A stretch of 64,000 nucleotides of DNA from an uncultured Candidatus Saccharibacteria bacterium. Its GTDB lineage: Bacteria; Patescibacteriota; Minisyncoccia; Portnoybacterales; UBA2143. The stretch's first letter is position 1; each line of letters begins with the position of its first letter. Under the pieces are notes generated by a model. The model had not been told where the DNA came from. It made no database searches and saw only the letters and a program-made list of their open reading frames with translations. Shown here piece after piece: positions 1 to 8,735 of this stretch. The stretch spans positions 726 through 64,725 of the forward strand of contig CAYQQO010000002.1 of the NCBI GenBank assembly GCA_964420115.1, in the 5' to 3' direction. A program made the translations under genes and the position numbers.

Positions 1-341
1 TAGCTTTGGGCCTGGTTTTAGCTTCATTGTGTTTTTCTTTGTTGGGGATTATGTTTGCAATGTTTCCGACAGAAAATCCGGGTAATGTTATGATGATGCT
101 GAACTTTATTCGTCTTCCTTTGATGTTTATCAGCGGTATTTTTATTCCGATAGAAACCCTGCCCTCTTGGGGTAAGCTGGTGTCTTTTTTATCGCCTTTA
201 ACCTACGCAAACGACTTGTTTAGATTTGGAATAGAAGGAAAAGCTCAATTGGATTTAGTCGCTAATTTTATAATTTTGCTAATTTTTGCCGGGATATTTC
301 TTTTTATCGGTATCCGGCTAGACAAAAAATTTCGCCAATAA
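1..341 (+). CDS. ABC-2 type transporter permease, C-terminal part (runs off left edge)
   Basis: Hydrophobic ORF with the ABC-2 signature FISGIFIPIETLP...LSPLTYAND; frame is open to the window edge. Confidence 0.85.
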   Translation, partial: ALGLVLASLCFSLLGIMFAMFPTENPGNVMMMLNFIRLPLMFISGIFIPIETLPSWGKLVSFLSPLTYANDLFRFGIEGKAQLDLVANFIILLIFAGIFLFIGIRLDKKFRQ

Positions 342-350
342 ATTTTTAGT

Positions 351-563
351 ATGAATAGTGAAATATTCAAGACAATAAAAATTTTGTGTATTTTGAGTTT
401 TGTGGTGGTCGCTCTTACTTCTGTTCCTTTGTTAGTTGCGTATCTGAAAGGAGGCGCTCTAAAATATTCTTTTATCGTAGATTTGCATGTTTGGACAGGA
501 GTAGTTTTTATTATTTTCGCGGTTTTGAGAATAATAAGAACAAAGTTAAAAAATATTAACTAA
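351..563 (+). CDS. Small two-TM membrane protein, DUF4405/cytochrome b-like
   Basis: 70 aa, two hydrophobic helices, DLHVWTG motif with a candidate heme-ligand His. Confidence 0.55.
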   Translation: MNSEIFKTIKILCILSFVVVALTSVPLLVAYLKGGALKYSFIVDLHVWTGVVFIIFAVLRIIRTKLKNIN

Positions 564-575
564 TTTTAAAAAAAT

Positions 576-935
576 ATGAGCAAGCAACAAAAACAAGACC
601 CGAAATTCACTAAATTCCACGGCGTGGATCGGGAAAAAATCCAGTGGAATCCGGTCATTGATGAATCAAAGTGCACCGGTTGCGGGATGTGTGCTGCTAC
701 TTGCGGCCGAGGCGTGTATAAGTTTGATTACGAAAGCAAAAAACCAAAAGTGGTAAATCCTAATAACTGCATGGTGGCTTGCCAGACCTGCTTTAATTTG
801 TGCCCGATGAAAGCAATTTCTTTTGCCGAAAATGACGCTACCAGAGAAAAAGCGCAAAAGATCGTCAAAGATTTTCGGTTGCTTCCAAAAGTTAAAGAGG
901 AATTGGAAAAGAGAAAAGACGAACTAGGTTTTTAA
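576..935 (+). CDS. 4Fe-4S dicluster ferredoxin
   Basis: CTGCGMCAATC and CMVACQTCFNLCP cluster motifs. Confidence 0.9.
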   Translation: MSKQQKQDPKFTKFHGVDREKIQWNPVIDESKCTGCGMCAATCGRGVYKFDYESKKPKVVNPNNCMVACQTCFNLCPMKAISFAENDATREKAQKIVKDFRLLPKVKEELEKRKDELGF

Positions 936-940
936 TTGTT

Positions 941-1582
941 ATGAGGAACAAAATTATTATTCCATTAATTTTAACTATTATCATTGCCGCAGGGTTTTTT
1001 GTCTTTAATTTTAATAGACAAAATAAAGATCAAGTTATTACGGACGAAATGCCGGCTCAAGAAAAAATAAGAATTGCGGCTTGTCCAACCTGCTATGAAT
1101 TAAGCAAGAAGCTGGAGTTGGAAAAATATCAAATTATTAAAACCAACTCTACCGCCCAAAGCATTGCTCTTTTGGAAAGCGGGCAGGCTGATATGATTTT
1201 GGCCGGCCGCACGCTTAAACCAAATGAGCCGCAGATGGACTATCTTTTAGTTGATGAGGGCTATTCTTTTTTAAGCAATCAAGAGGTGACAATTTTTATT
1301 GATCAATTAAATAATTATAATGTTTATACCGATCTAAACGAGGAAGAACTAAAAGAAAAATTTCCTATTGAAAAAATTCAAACAGTGGGCAATGTCTATG
1401 ATTATTTAGATAAGGGAATAATTATTACTTCCTGGGAAAATACCGATTACAATAAAGCAGGAATTGTTCATTTATTAGAAGGGAACAGGGGAAGAGTAAA
1501 ATTGTCCAGACGGCCAACGCTTTATTGTCCAAATGTCTGTGACGAGAAAGCCCAAGAGCTGGTTTTATATTTAAAGAAATAA
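941..1582 (+). CDS. Membrane-anchored extracytoplasmic protein, substrate-binding-like, with CxxC
   Basis: N-terminal TM helix; IRIAACPTC; STAQSIALLESGQADMILAGR resembles type 2 periplasmic-binding fold segments; C-terminal CPNVC. Confidence 0.55.
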   Translation: MRNKIIIPLILTIIIAAGFFVFNFNRQNKDQVITDEMPAQEKIRIAACPTCYELSKKLELEKYQIIKTNSTAQSIALLESGQADMILAGRTLKPNEPQMDYLLVDEGYSFLSNQEVTIFIDQLNNYNVYTDLNEEELKEKFPIEKIQTVGNVYDYLDKGIIITSWENTDYNKAGIVHLLEGNRGRVKLSRRPTLYCPNVCDEKAQELVLYLKK

Positions 1583-1652
1583 AAAATTTGACAAGCTAAA
1601 TTAATTTTATAATAATATCAATATCTATTGATATTAAAATAATCTAAAATAT

Positions 1653-1898
1653 ATGACAAAATCTAACAAAAAAATAGTGGTCTATTCCACTCCCGATTGC
1701 GCTTATTGCTACACTCTAAAAAGTTATCTTGATAAAAAGGGATTTGAATATCAGGAAATCAATATTTATGAAGATGATAAGGAGCGTGAAAAAATGGAAA
1801 AAATTTCCGGACAAAAAAATGTCCCTGTTACGGTTGTTGATGAACAAGTTGTTGCTGGTTGGGATAAGAAAAAAATAAACGATTTATTGGGGATTTAA
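1653..1898 (+). CDS. Glutaredoxin / NrdH-like redoxin
   Basis: 81 aa, YSTPDCAYC, SGQKNVP cis-Pro motif, VAGWD. Confidence 0.9.
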   Translation: MTKSNKKIVVYSTPDCAYCYTLKSYLDKKGFEYQEINIYEDDKEREKMEKISGQKNVPVTVVDEQVVAGWDKKKINDLLGI

Positions 1899-1900
1899 TT

Positions 1901-2812
1901 GTGAAGGATTTGGTTATTATTGGCGGCGGAGCGGCTGGGATTACGGCCAGTATTTACGCGGCCAGAAAATTTATTGATACATTATTAATCACTACTGATT
2001 TTATGGGTCAAGTCGGTGTTTCGGCTTGGATTGAAAATTATCCCGGATTTAAGAAAATTTCCGGCTTGGATTTAATTAAAAATTTTAAAGAACATCTGGA
2101 AATGTTTAAAATTGACAAAAAAACTTTTGAGACGGTTGAAAAAATAAAAAGAATAAAAGGCGGTTTTGAAATTATTACTGACGATGCTAATTGTAGGGCT
2201 AAATCAATAATAATTGCCAGTGGTAGCATACCAAAAAAATTAAAAGTTAAAAATGAAGATAAATTCTTAGGCAAAGGAATCTCTTATTGTGTTACTTGTG
2301 ATGAAACGGCTTTTAAAAATAAAATTGTAGCAGTGATTGGCGGCGGCAATGCCGGCATAGAGGGTGCAATTGAACTTAGCAGGTTTTGTGGGAAAATTTA
2401 TGTTTTGGAATGTTTGGATAAATTAGGAGCTGATAAAATACTGCGTGAAGAAGCTAAAAAAATAAGTAAAATAGAAATTATTACTTCTGCCGAAATAAAA
2501 TCATTTGAGGGTGATTTTGGCTTAGAAAAAATTATTTACATAGACAAAAAAACGAATAAGGAAAAAGAATTGGGAATTGACGGTTGTTTTATTGAGATCG
2601 GTGTGATGCCAAATACCAATTTTGTAAAAGAACTTTTATCTTTGAATAAAAAAGGAGAAATAATTGTTGATCCATATACATTAGAGACGAGCATTAAAGG
2701 AATATTTGCCGCCGGTGATGTTAATGATTTGCAGAGCAAGCAAATAGTTATTGCCTGCGGTCAAGGCGCTTCGGCCTTATTGTCCGCTTACAATCATTTA
2801 TTTAAAAATTAA
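1901..2812 (+). CDS. trxB: Thioredoxin-disulfide reductase (TrxB/AhpF-C-like flavoprotein)
   Basis: IIGGGAAG FAD motif, IENYPG, SYCVTCD active site, GGGNAG, GIFAAGD. Confidence 0.88.
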   Translation: MKDLVIIGGGAAGITASIYAARKFIDTLLITTDFMGQVGVSAWIENYPGFKKISGLDLIKNFKEHLEMFKIDKKTFETVEKIKRIKGGFEIITDDANCRAKSIIIASGSIPKKLKVKNEDKFLGKGISYCVTCDETAFKNKIVAVIGGGNAGIEGAIELSRFCGKIYVLECLDKLGADKILREEAKKISKIEIITSAEIKSFEGDFGLEKIIYIDKKTNKEKELGIDGCFIEIGVMPNTNFVKELLSLNKKGEIIVDPYTLETSIKGIFAAGDVNDLQSKQIVIACGQGASALLSAYNHLFKN

Positions 2813-2825
2813 AAAATATAAATAT

Positions 2826-4058
2826 ATGACTATGATTAAAAGAATATTATTTATTTTGCTATTTATCGCTTTACTTGTTCCCGCAAGTAGTGTTTTTGCT
2901 CAAGAAAAAACAAAGGATATTAATATCTATTTTTTCTGGGGCGAGGGGTGTCCTCATTGTGCCAAAGAAAAACCCTTTTTAGAAAAGCTGGAAAACAAAT
3001 ATCCGCAGGTTAATGTTCAATCTTACGAAGTTTGGGGAAATAAAGATAATCAGAAGCTATTAATTGATTTTGGTAAAAAATTAAATGCCAATATTTCGGG
3101 CGTGCCTTTCACGGTTGTCGGCGAAAAATATTTTATTGGCTGGTATGACGAGCAAAGCACCGGCAAGGCGATTGAAGATGCTGTTAAATGCGCTGAGCAA
3201 AACAGTTGTCGGGATATTGGCCACGAGATTTCAGCATTATCTGTCGAAAAAGATTTAAGCGAAAAAAATGAAGAAGACTGCGACTGCGAAGAAGAACAAT
3301 CACCTCTGTCGCAAAAAATAAAAGTTCCTCTTTTGGGAGAAATTGAAACCAAAAATTTTTCCCTGCCATTATTAACCATAGTTTTAGGCGCTCTGGACGG
3401 TTTTAATCCATGCGCTATGTGGACGCTGTTGTTTTTGATCAGTTTGCTTTTAGGTATGAAAAACAGAAAAAGAATGTGGATATTGGGAACGGCTTTTATT
3501 GTCGCTTCGGCTTCAGTTTATTTCGTATTTATGTCGGCTTGGCTTAACTTGATTTTGTTTATTGGGGTGGTTGTTTGGGTTAGAATTATTATCGGACTTA
3601 TTGCTCTTTTGGGTGGCGGTTACAATTTGAAGGAATATTTTACCAGCCCGAAAGCCGGATGCAAAGTAACAGGCACAGAAAAAAGGCAGAAAGTTTTTGA
3701 AAAATTAAAAAATATCACTCATCAAAAAAGTTTTTATTTGGCCCTAGGCGGAATAATTTTATTGGCTTTTGCGGTTAATCTGGTTGAGTTGATTTGCTCG
3801 GCCGGTTTGCCCGCGGTTTACACCCAAGTTTTGGCTTTGAGTAATTTAGCCAAGTGGCAGTATTATCTCTATATTCTGCTCTATGTCTTTATTTTCATGC
3901 TGGATGATTTGTTTGTATTTTTTGTCGCTATGACGACTTTGCGAATGACTGGCATAACCACAAAATATGCTCGCTGGTCGCGCTTAATCGGGGGGATACT
4001 GATGCTGATTATCGGTTTACTGCTGATATTCAAGCCCGGCTGGTTGATGTTTGGCTAA
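2826..4058 (+). CDS. Exported thioredoxin domain fused to DsbD/CcdA-like transmembrane domain
   Basis: Signal peptide from ATG 2826, GCPHC redox motif, then DGFNPCAMW and ELICSAGLP Cys-bearing TM segments. Confidence 0.8.
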   Translation: MTMIKRILFILLFIALLVPASSVFAQEKTKDINIYFFWGEGCPHCAKEKPFLEKLENKYPQVNVQSYEVWGNKDNQKLLIDFGKKLNANISGVPFTVVGEKYFIGWYDEQSTGKAIEDAVKCAEQNSCRDIGHEISALSVEKDLSEKNEEDCDCEEEQSPLSQKIKVPLLGEIETKNFSLPLLTIVLGALDGFNPCAMWTLLFLISLLLGMKNRKRMWILGTAFIVASASVYFVFMSAWLNLILFIGVVVWVRIIIGLIALLGGGYNLKEYFTSPKAGCKVTGTEKRQKVFEKLKNITHQKSFYLALGGIILLAFAVNLVELICSAGLPAVYTQVLALSNLAKWQYYLYILLYVFIFMLDDLFVFFVAMTTLRMTGITTKYARWSRLIGGILMLIIGLLLIFKPGWLMFG

Positions 4059-4188
4059 ATATTTAATTATTCTTTTCTAGATCGTTCAAGTCCTTTCAAT
4101 TTCGTTTTGGGGGTGTTAATCTCTTGTCTCCTCTCAATCGCTTACCGCAAGGGTAAACACGGGGTTAAAATGGGGCAACAAATTGTTT

Positions 4189-4317
4189 ATGAGACCAGTA
4201 TATAACTTGGATAAAGTTAAATATGTCATAGATCAGCCGACTTTTAAAAAAGCAGTGGCGTTAGGGGAGTTCAGAAATTATACAGATAATATCTTATTTA
4301 TTAACGAGATGTTTTGA
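4189..4317 (+). pseudogene. Short truncated ORF, probable 5' remnant of a longer gene
   Basis: MRPVYNLDKVKYVIDQPTFKKAVALGEF..., 42 aa; N-terminus recalls CPR SWIM-zinc-finger-type proteins (from memory), but no Cys motif follows. Confidence 0.35.
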
Positions 4318-4344
4318 ATCTAAAACAGCGCGTTATATTAAGTG

Positions 4345-4378
4345 GCAAAAACAACCGTTTTTTACGGTTGTTTTTTGC
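4345..4378. terminator. Intrinsic terminator-like hairpin
   Basis: AAAAACAACCGT-ttttt-ACGGTTGTTTTT inverted repeat with A and T tails. Confidence 0.7.
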
Positions 4379-4389
4379 GTGTGGAGACA

Positions 4390-4418
4390 TAGACGATAGC
4401 GGGGTTAAGTGATATGAT
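4390..4418 (+). promoter_or_regulatory. Sigma70-type promoter, leaderless geometry
   Basis: TAGACG-17 nt-TATGAT with upstream TG; ATG at 4425 lies 6 nt downstream. Confidence 0.6.
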
Positions 4419-4424
4419 GGCGGT

Positions 4425-5003
4425 ATGGCTGGTTTTTTTAAGAAATACAAATATGATTTGGTTATTTTATTTATAATCATTTTATTTATTATTTTAGCTT
4501 TTTATAGCGACCAAAAATTTGGTTTTTTCTCTTCGCGGGAAGATTTTCAAAACTATGTGATGTCTTTCGGCCCTTTGGCGCCCATTGCTTTAATATTAAT
4601 TATTATTGTAGAAGTAATTGTTGCTCCTTTGCCTGGTTTTATCCCCGCTATTTCCGCCGGCTTTGTTTTTGGCTCTGTTTGGGGATCTGTCTATGCTTAT
4701 ATCGGCAATCTAATCGGGGGCTTAATTGTTTTCTTTTTGGCCAGAAAACTCGGCAGGCCCATTATTGGTAAGTTATTCAACCAAGAAAGGGTGGATAAGT
4801 ACAGCCGGGCTATTGGCAGACATGAAAATTACCTTCTTATTTTTTGCTTTATTCCAGTAGTGCCGACAGATATAATTGTTGCCGCTTTTGGTCTTTCAGA
4901 GATTAAAATAGGAAAATTTGTTTCTGTTTTAGCTGTTGGTTATATTTTTTATGTTGCAGTTATGAATATTTTCGGCGATTATTTAGCCAGCTTATATTTT
5001 TAA
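4425..5003 (+). CDS. TVP38/TMEM64 (DedA/VTT) family membrane protein
   Basis: VIVAPLPG, AGFVFG, FFLARKLGRP, FIPVVPTD motifs. Confidence 0.88.
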   Translation: MAGFFKKYKYDLVILFIIILFIILAFYSDQKFGFFSSREDFQNYVMSFGPLAPIALILIIIVEVIVAPLPGFIPAISAGFVFGSVWGSVYAYIGNLIGGLIVFFLARKLGRPIIGKLFNQERVDKYSRAIGRHENYLLIFCFIPVVPTDIIVAAFGLSEIKIGKFVSVLAVGYIFYVAVMNIFGDYLASLYF

Positions 5004-5007
5004 CAAA

Positions 5008-5335
5008 ATGAAAGTTAACTTTTTGCCAAAAACTCAATTAAGTAAATGGTCGGTTATATTGATTATCGCCACGCCAATATTTTTTATATTGGCATGTCCT
5101 TTATGGATTTTTACGAATTTATTCTAGCTGGGAGTACAATACTACATGATATTATAGATAGGCCCGGGATAGCCTTGCTAATGCTGATTGCTTTTTTTGC
5201 GGGATAGCGGCCTTTTTTACCGGTATTATTGGTATTATTGAAAGAAAGGATTATTCTGTTCTCGTCTTTTTATCTATTATGTTAGGATCGCTTGTCTTAT
5301 TGTGGTGTTTAGCTGAAATTCTTTTTCCTCATTAA
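5008..5335 (+). pseudogene. Small membrane protein gene with two frameshifts
   Basis: MKVNFLPKTQLSKWSV... continues in another frame (..IGMSFMDFYEF..) and again (..GIAAFFTGIIGIIERKDYSVLVF..EILFPH*); both shifts fall at T-runs (about 5080-5086 and 5192-5198). Confidence 0.65.
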
Positions 5336-5383
5336 AGCAAAGGGGTTTATCTTTTCGTTGTTTGTTTATAAATATAATTTTGT

Positions 5384-6646
5384 ATGACTATGAATAAAAA
5401 CAAAAAAGAAACAACAAATTATATTATTTTTGCTTTTGTTATTATCATTATTATAGCTTTTGGCTTTTTTTGGTATTTTGACCAAATCCAGCAAAAAGAA
5501 GAACAAGAGCAAGAAGAATTAGAAGTGCCTATTGTAGCGCGTTTTGGTTCAAAAATTGTCTATACCACAAATACTAACACTTCAACAGCTTCTTTTATTG
5601 CTCACTGTCAAAGTATCGGGGGCGCCTTTAACGAGTGCGGGGGTCCTTGCGCTCCTGATGCTGAAAGTTGTGTCAGTGTTTGCGCTTATACCTGCGAACA
5701 AATCTCTGTTGACAATAGAGATAAAGATGGAAAAGATAATATAGCCCAGTGGCAGGAATTTAGTGATAATCAGTTTAATTTTAGTTTGAAATATCCGTCG
5801 GATAATTGGGATATGTATAAAGATATATCTCTTGATGTTGAGCCCAAATTTAATTTTTATATTAAACCAGATATCGGCGCTTCTCTTGACCTACCTCTTG
5901 ATCACTTCGCTAATATTAGTCATGTTTCAGTCTATCCCAGGGGGGTACCAACAGAAGGTGTTTTTGGCCGAACGAAAGATCTTAATTTTGATGTTGGCTT
6001 TGAGACGGCAAATGATTCAAAGGTTTATCTTTTAGAAGACGGCACTGCCTTTGCCGCTTATATAAGGCCGCTTAATCCGCCGCAATCATGGAGTATGTCC
6101 GGCTTTATATGGATGCGCCTTAAGATTAATAATTTGAATACTAAGTGTTTGAGAGATGGGCAAGAGATAAATTTTGCCCAATGCGATCCAGTCGTTAAAA
6201 ACGATCAAATTATTAGAAATGGTTCAGTTGATAAAACTGCTTGGGAAAGGCAAGAAAATATTGTAAAAACAATGAAATTTGAGAAGGGGAGTAAAGCAAG
6301 CGATTTAATTTTTTTTAACAATCCTGTTTCAGGAGATATTATTGAAAGCCCCTTGGAGATTAAAGGAGAAGCGCGCGGGACTTGGTATTTTGAGGCGAAT
6401 TTTCCTATTATTCTTACTGACTGGGATGGTAGAATTATTGCCGAAACATACGCTCAAGCTCAAGGCGGCTGGATGACTGAAGATTTTGTCCCTTTCACTG
6501 CCATGGTTAAATTTGAAAGTCCATACAAAGAGGGAGATCCTGATTTTATGGGGAATGGCTTTCTGATTTTACAAAAGGCTAATCCGTCAGGTCTTTCTAA
6601 AAATGATGATGTCTTGGAAATTATGGTAAGGTTTAAACGGGGATAA
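5384..6646 (+). CDS. Membrane-anchored surface protein with Cys-rich segment and C-terminal Gmad2 Ig-like domain
   Basis: N-terminal TM; HCQSIGGAFNECGGPC..CVSVCAYTC; SPLEIKGEARGTWYFEANFPI..WMTEDFVPF. Confidence 0.75.
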   Translation: MTMNKNKKETTNYIIFAFVIIIIIAFGFFWYFDQIQQKEEQEQEELEVPIVARFGSKIVYTTNTNTSTASFIAHCQSIGGAFNECGGPCAPDAESCVSVCAYTCEQISVDNRDKDGKDNIAQWQEFSDNQFNFSLKYPSDNWDMYKDISLDVEPKFNFYIKPDIGASLDLPLDHFANISHVSVYPRGVPTEGVFGRTKDLNFDVGFETANDSKVYLLEDGTAFAAYIRPLNPPQSWSMSGFIWMRLKINNLNTKCLRDGQEINFAQCDPVVKNDQIIRNGSVDKTAWERQENIVKTMKFEKGSKASDLIFFNNPVSGDIIESPLEIKGEARGTWYFEANFPIILTDWDGRIIAETYAQAQGGWMTEDFVPFTAMVKFESPYKEGDPDFMGNGFLILQKANPSGLSKNDDVLEIMVRFKRG

Positions 6647-6761
6647 TTTTATAAAGTTAATTTCACTTAAAAAAATGTGATTTAGGAAAAATTGTAAAAA
6701 GGTGCTTTAAATTGTAAAAAAAACAAAGGCGGGTATTAGTTTGCCGGGTATATAATGGCAA

Positions 6762-6785
6762 GAAGGTGAAGGTGAAGGTGAAGGT
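6762..6785 (+). repeat. Tandem hexamer repeat (GAAGGT)x4
   Basis: Four exact copies in an intergenic stretch, followed by GAAGAA. Confidence 0.9.
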
Positions 6786-7032
6786 GAAGAATGTGTTAAT
6801 GTTATAGGTTAAATTACTATAAATTAATAACTTTTTAAAAGAATATATCTAAATCTAAAACAGTAGTTACAATTATTATTCTTATGGCTATTATTGGGAG
6901 TGGTTATTTGCTATGCTAAACTTTTTTGTGGGATAAAATAAGCGGACAAGAGGGTAATTTTTATGTCTGCCAATAGCTCAGCTGTATTTATCTGTTCTTT
7001 CTTGGTTGGATAATAAGGCGATAACTGAAGAT

Positions 7033-7068
7033 AAAAAAACGCCCGCTTCTTATTGGATAAGCGAGCGC
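7033..7068 (-). terminator. Intrinsic terminator of the HTH gene
   Basis: Minus strand GCGCTCGCTT-loop-AAGCGGGCGT followed by a T run. Confidence 0.7.
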
Positions 7069-7084
7069 TGAGGCGGGAAAAGGT

Positions 7085-7267
7085 TCAAGCTTTGGCTTGT
7101 CGCCTTTTTTTATACCTAGTAATGTCTGCTTTTCTAAATTCCCAGAATTTGCCCACTTTTTGGGCGCGGAGCTTGCCTTTTCTTGCAAGCGTGATGACAT
7201 CGTCTGGTGAGATATCCAGTATATGGGCCACAGCTTTTGATCTTAGGGAAATTCCTTTTTCTTTCAT
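7085..7267 (-). CDS. Excisionase-like helix-turn-helix DNA-binding protein (HTH_17/MerR-like)
   Basis: 60 aa, VAHILDIS..LARKGKLRAQKVGKFWEF pattern; AAGGAG SD upstream. Confidence 0.8.
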   Translation of the reverse strand: MKEKGISLRSKAVAHILDISPDDVITLARKGKLRAQKVGKFWEFRKADITRYKKRRQAKA

Positions 7268-7400
7268 TTTTAACTCCTTTCTTTTGTGGTTGTAAGAACT
7301 ATTTTTATATTACTAAATATCTTTTATTGGGTCAACACATTCTATCTATGTGCATATATCAATAGATTTTATTCTTTTTCAGTGGTAGAATTTAAACATT

Positions 7401-8009
7401 ATGGAAAACAAAGGATTTGGCTTAATAGGGCTTTTAATTACTGTTATAATTGTTTTCGCATTGTTTGCGGGCATTATACATAGTCTTAATATTTCTGTTT
7501 TTTCTAATAAAAAAGAAGGCAACGATGGCTTGATCAGCCCTATTGACAAGGCAGAAGAGGTGAGGAAAAAACTTAATGATAGACAATTGGATTCTCTTTT
7601 GCAGATTATTGCTAAAAAAAAGAAAGACGAAGTTTGTTATAAGAAGCATTGTTTTGAAGTTGAATTAGCTAGAACTCACCAAGAAAGAAGTACGGGATTA
7701 ATGGGCAGGGAGAGCTTAGACAAAGATGAAGGAATGCTTTTTTTCTTTGATAAAGAAGGCAGGCATTCTTTTTGGATGAAAAACACCTTGACCCCCTTGG
7801 ATATAATTTGGATTGACAGCAATAAAGAAGTAATTTTTATAAGCAAAAATACTCAACCTTGTAAAACAGATTTTTGTCCAACAATTACGCCAGACAAAAA
7901 AGCAAAATATGTTTTGGAAATAAATGGTGGAACGGCTGATGAAATTGGTTTGGCGGTTGGCAGTCAATTATCTTTTTTGGGTTTGCCTAAATGGCTTTCA
8001 CAATTTTGA
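7401..8009 (+). CDS. DUF192 family protein with pilin-like N-terminus
   Basis: VELART..GLMGRESL..GMLF..FWMKNTLTPLDIIWI..YVLEINGG; N-terminal KGFGLIGLLI. Confidence 0.85.
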   Translation: MENKGFGLIGLLITVIIVFALFAGIIHSLNISVFSNKKEGNDGLISPIDKAEEVRKKLNDRQLDSLLQIIAKKKKDEVCYKKHCFEVELARTHQERSTGLMGRESLDKDEGMLFFFDKEGRHSFWMKNTLTPLDIIWIDSNKEVIFISKNTQPCKTDFCPTITPDKKAKYVLEINGGTADEIGLAVGSQLSFLGLPKWLSQF

Positions 8010-8154
8010 TTTTGTTATATACACATATAAAAGGGTAAAATTACCAAAAGAAAAGTTAATTGGAACAAATTGCCTAGATTAGGGAGAAACAGAGTGGCTG
8101 CTGATTATTAAATCTTGTAAAGCTGTAAAAGATGTGTTAATTTTTTAAATAGAT

Positions 8155-8481
8155 ATGCAACCGGAAAAATGGAACAATTTAATAGGCGACATTAAAGATA
8201 AGTTTAAGGTGGAAGAAGACGGCAAGGAGCATTTAGATGAAGGCGGCGGGACAGATATTGAATATATTGTCTTTAAAAGCCCTTTGGGCAGGATTAAGCT
8301 GGAGTTTGTCGTCAAGCCGCTTGTTTTGGATAAAAAAACAACTTATTCTAAAAGAATCGGTTCAGAAACAACTGTTGAATATGTTTATAGTCCAAATGAA
8401 AAAACTTGCAAATTAACAGCTTATAAGTGGGACGAGAGAAAGAATGAATGGATGGAAGTTGACGCTGACACCTTTAATTGA
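8155..8481 (+). CDS. Hypothetical protein
   Basis: 108 aa soluble ORF ending just before a strong terminator. Confidence 0.7.
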   Translation: MQPEKWNNLIGDIKDKFKVEEDGKEHLDEGGGTDIEYIVFKSPLGRIKLEFVVKPLVLDKKTTYSKRIGSETTVEYVYSPNEKTCKLTAYKWDERKNEWMEVDADTFN

Positions 8482-8493
8482 GAGCATAAAGGT

Positions 8494-8538
8494 TTAGAAA
8501 ACAAAAAACCCGCTAGAAGCGGGTTTTTTGTTTTCTAA
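8494..8538. terminator. Bidirectional intrinsic terminator
   Basis: Perfect 21-bp inverted repeat TTAGAAAACAAAAAACCCGCT-aga-AGCGGGTTTTTTGTTTTCTAA between convergent genes. Confidence 0.9.
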
Positions 8539-8543
8539 CTGAA

Positions 8544-8735
8544 TTAGCGCTGCGGCCTCTGATCTCTTCGTTTTGACCAGCAATCTCGGCAGTAAATTGG
8601 CCGATCTGGAGCTGGTTCAAAAGGAAGTTCAGTAATTTCTTTAGCGCAGTCACTGCATGTCCAGTTACCTTTGACCATTTCCCTAGGAGGAAAATTTCCT
8701 CGAGATTGGTCGTTTCTTGGTTTTTTGTCGAACAC
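8544..8735 (-). CDS. CxxC-x17-CxxC-type zinc-ribbon protein
   Basis: CSDCAKEITELPFEPAPDRPIYCRDC. Confidence 0.85.
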   Translation of the reverse strand: MFDKKPRNDQSRGNFPPREMVKGNWTCSDCAKEITELPFEPAPDRPIYCRDCWSKRRDQRPQR

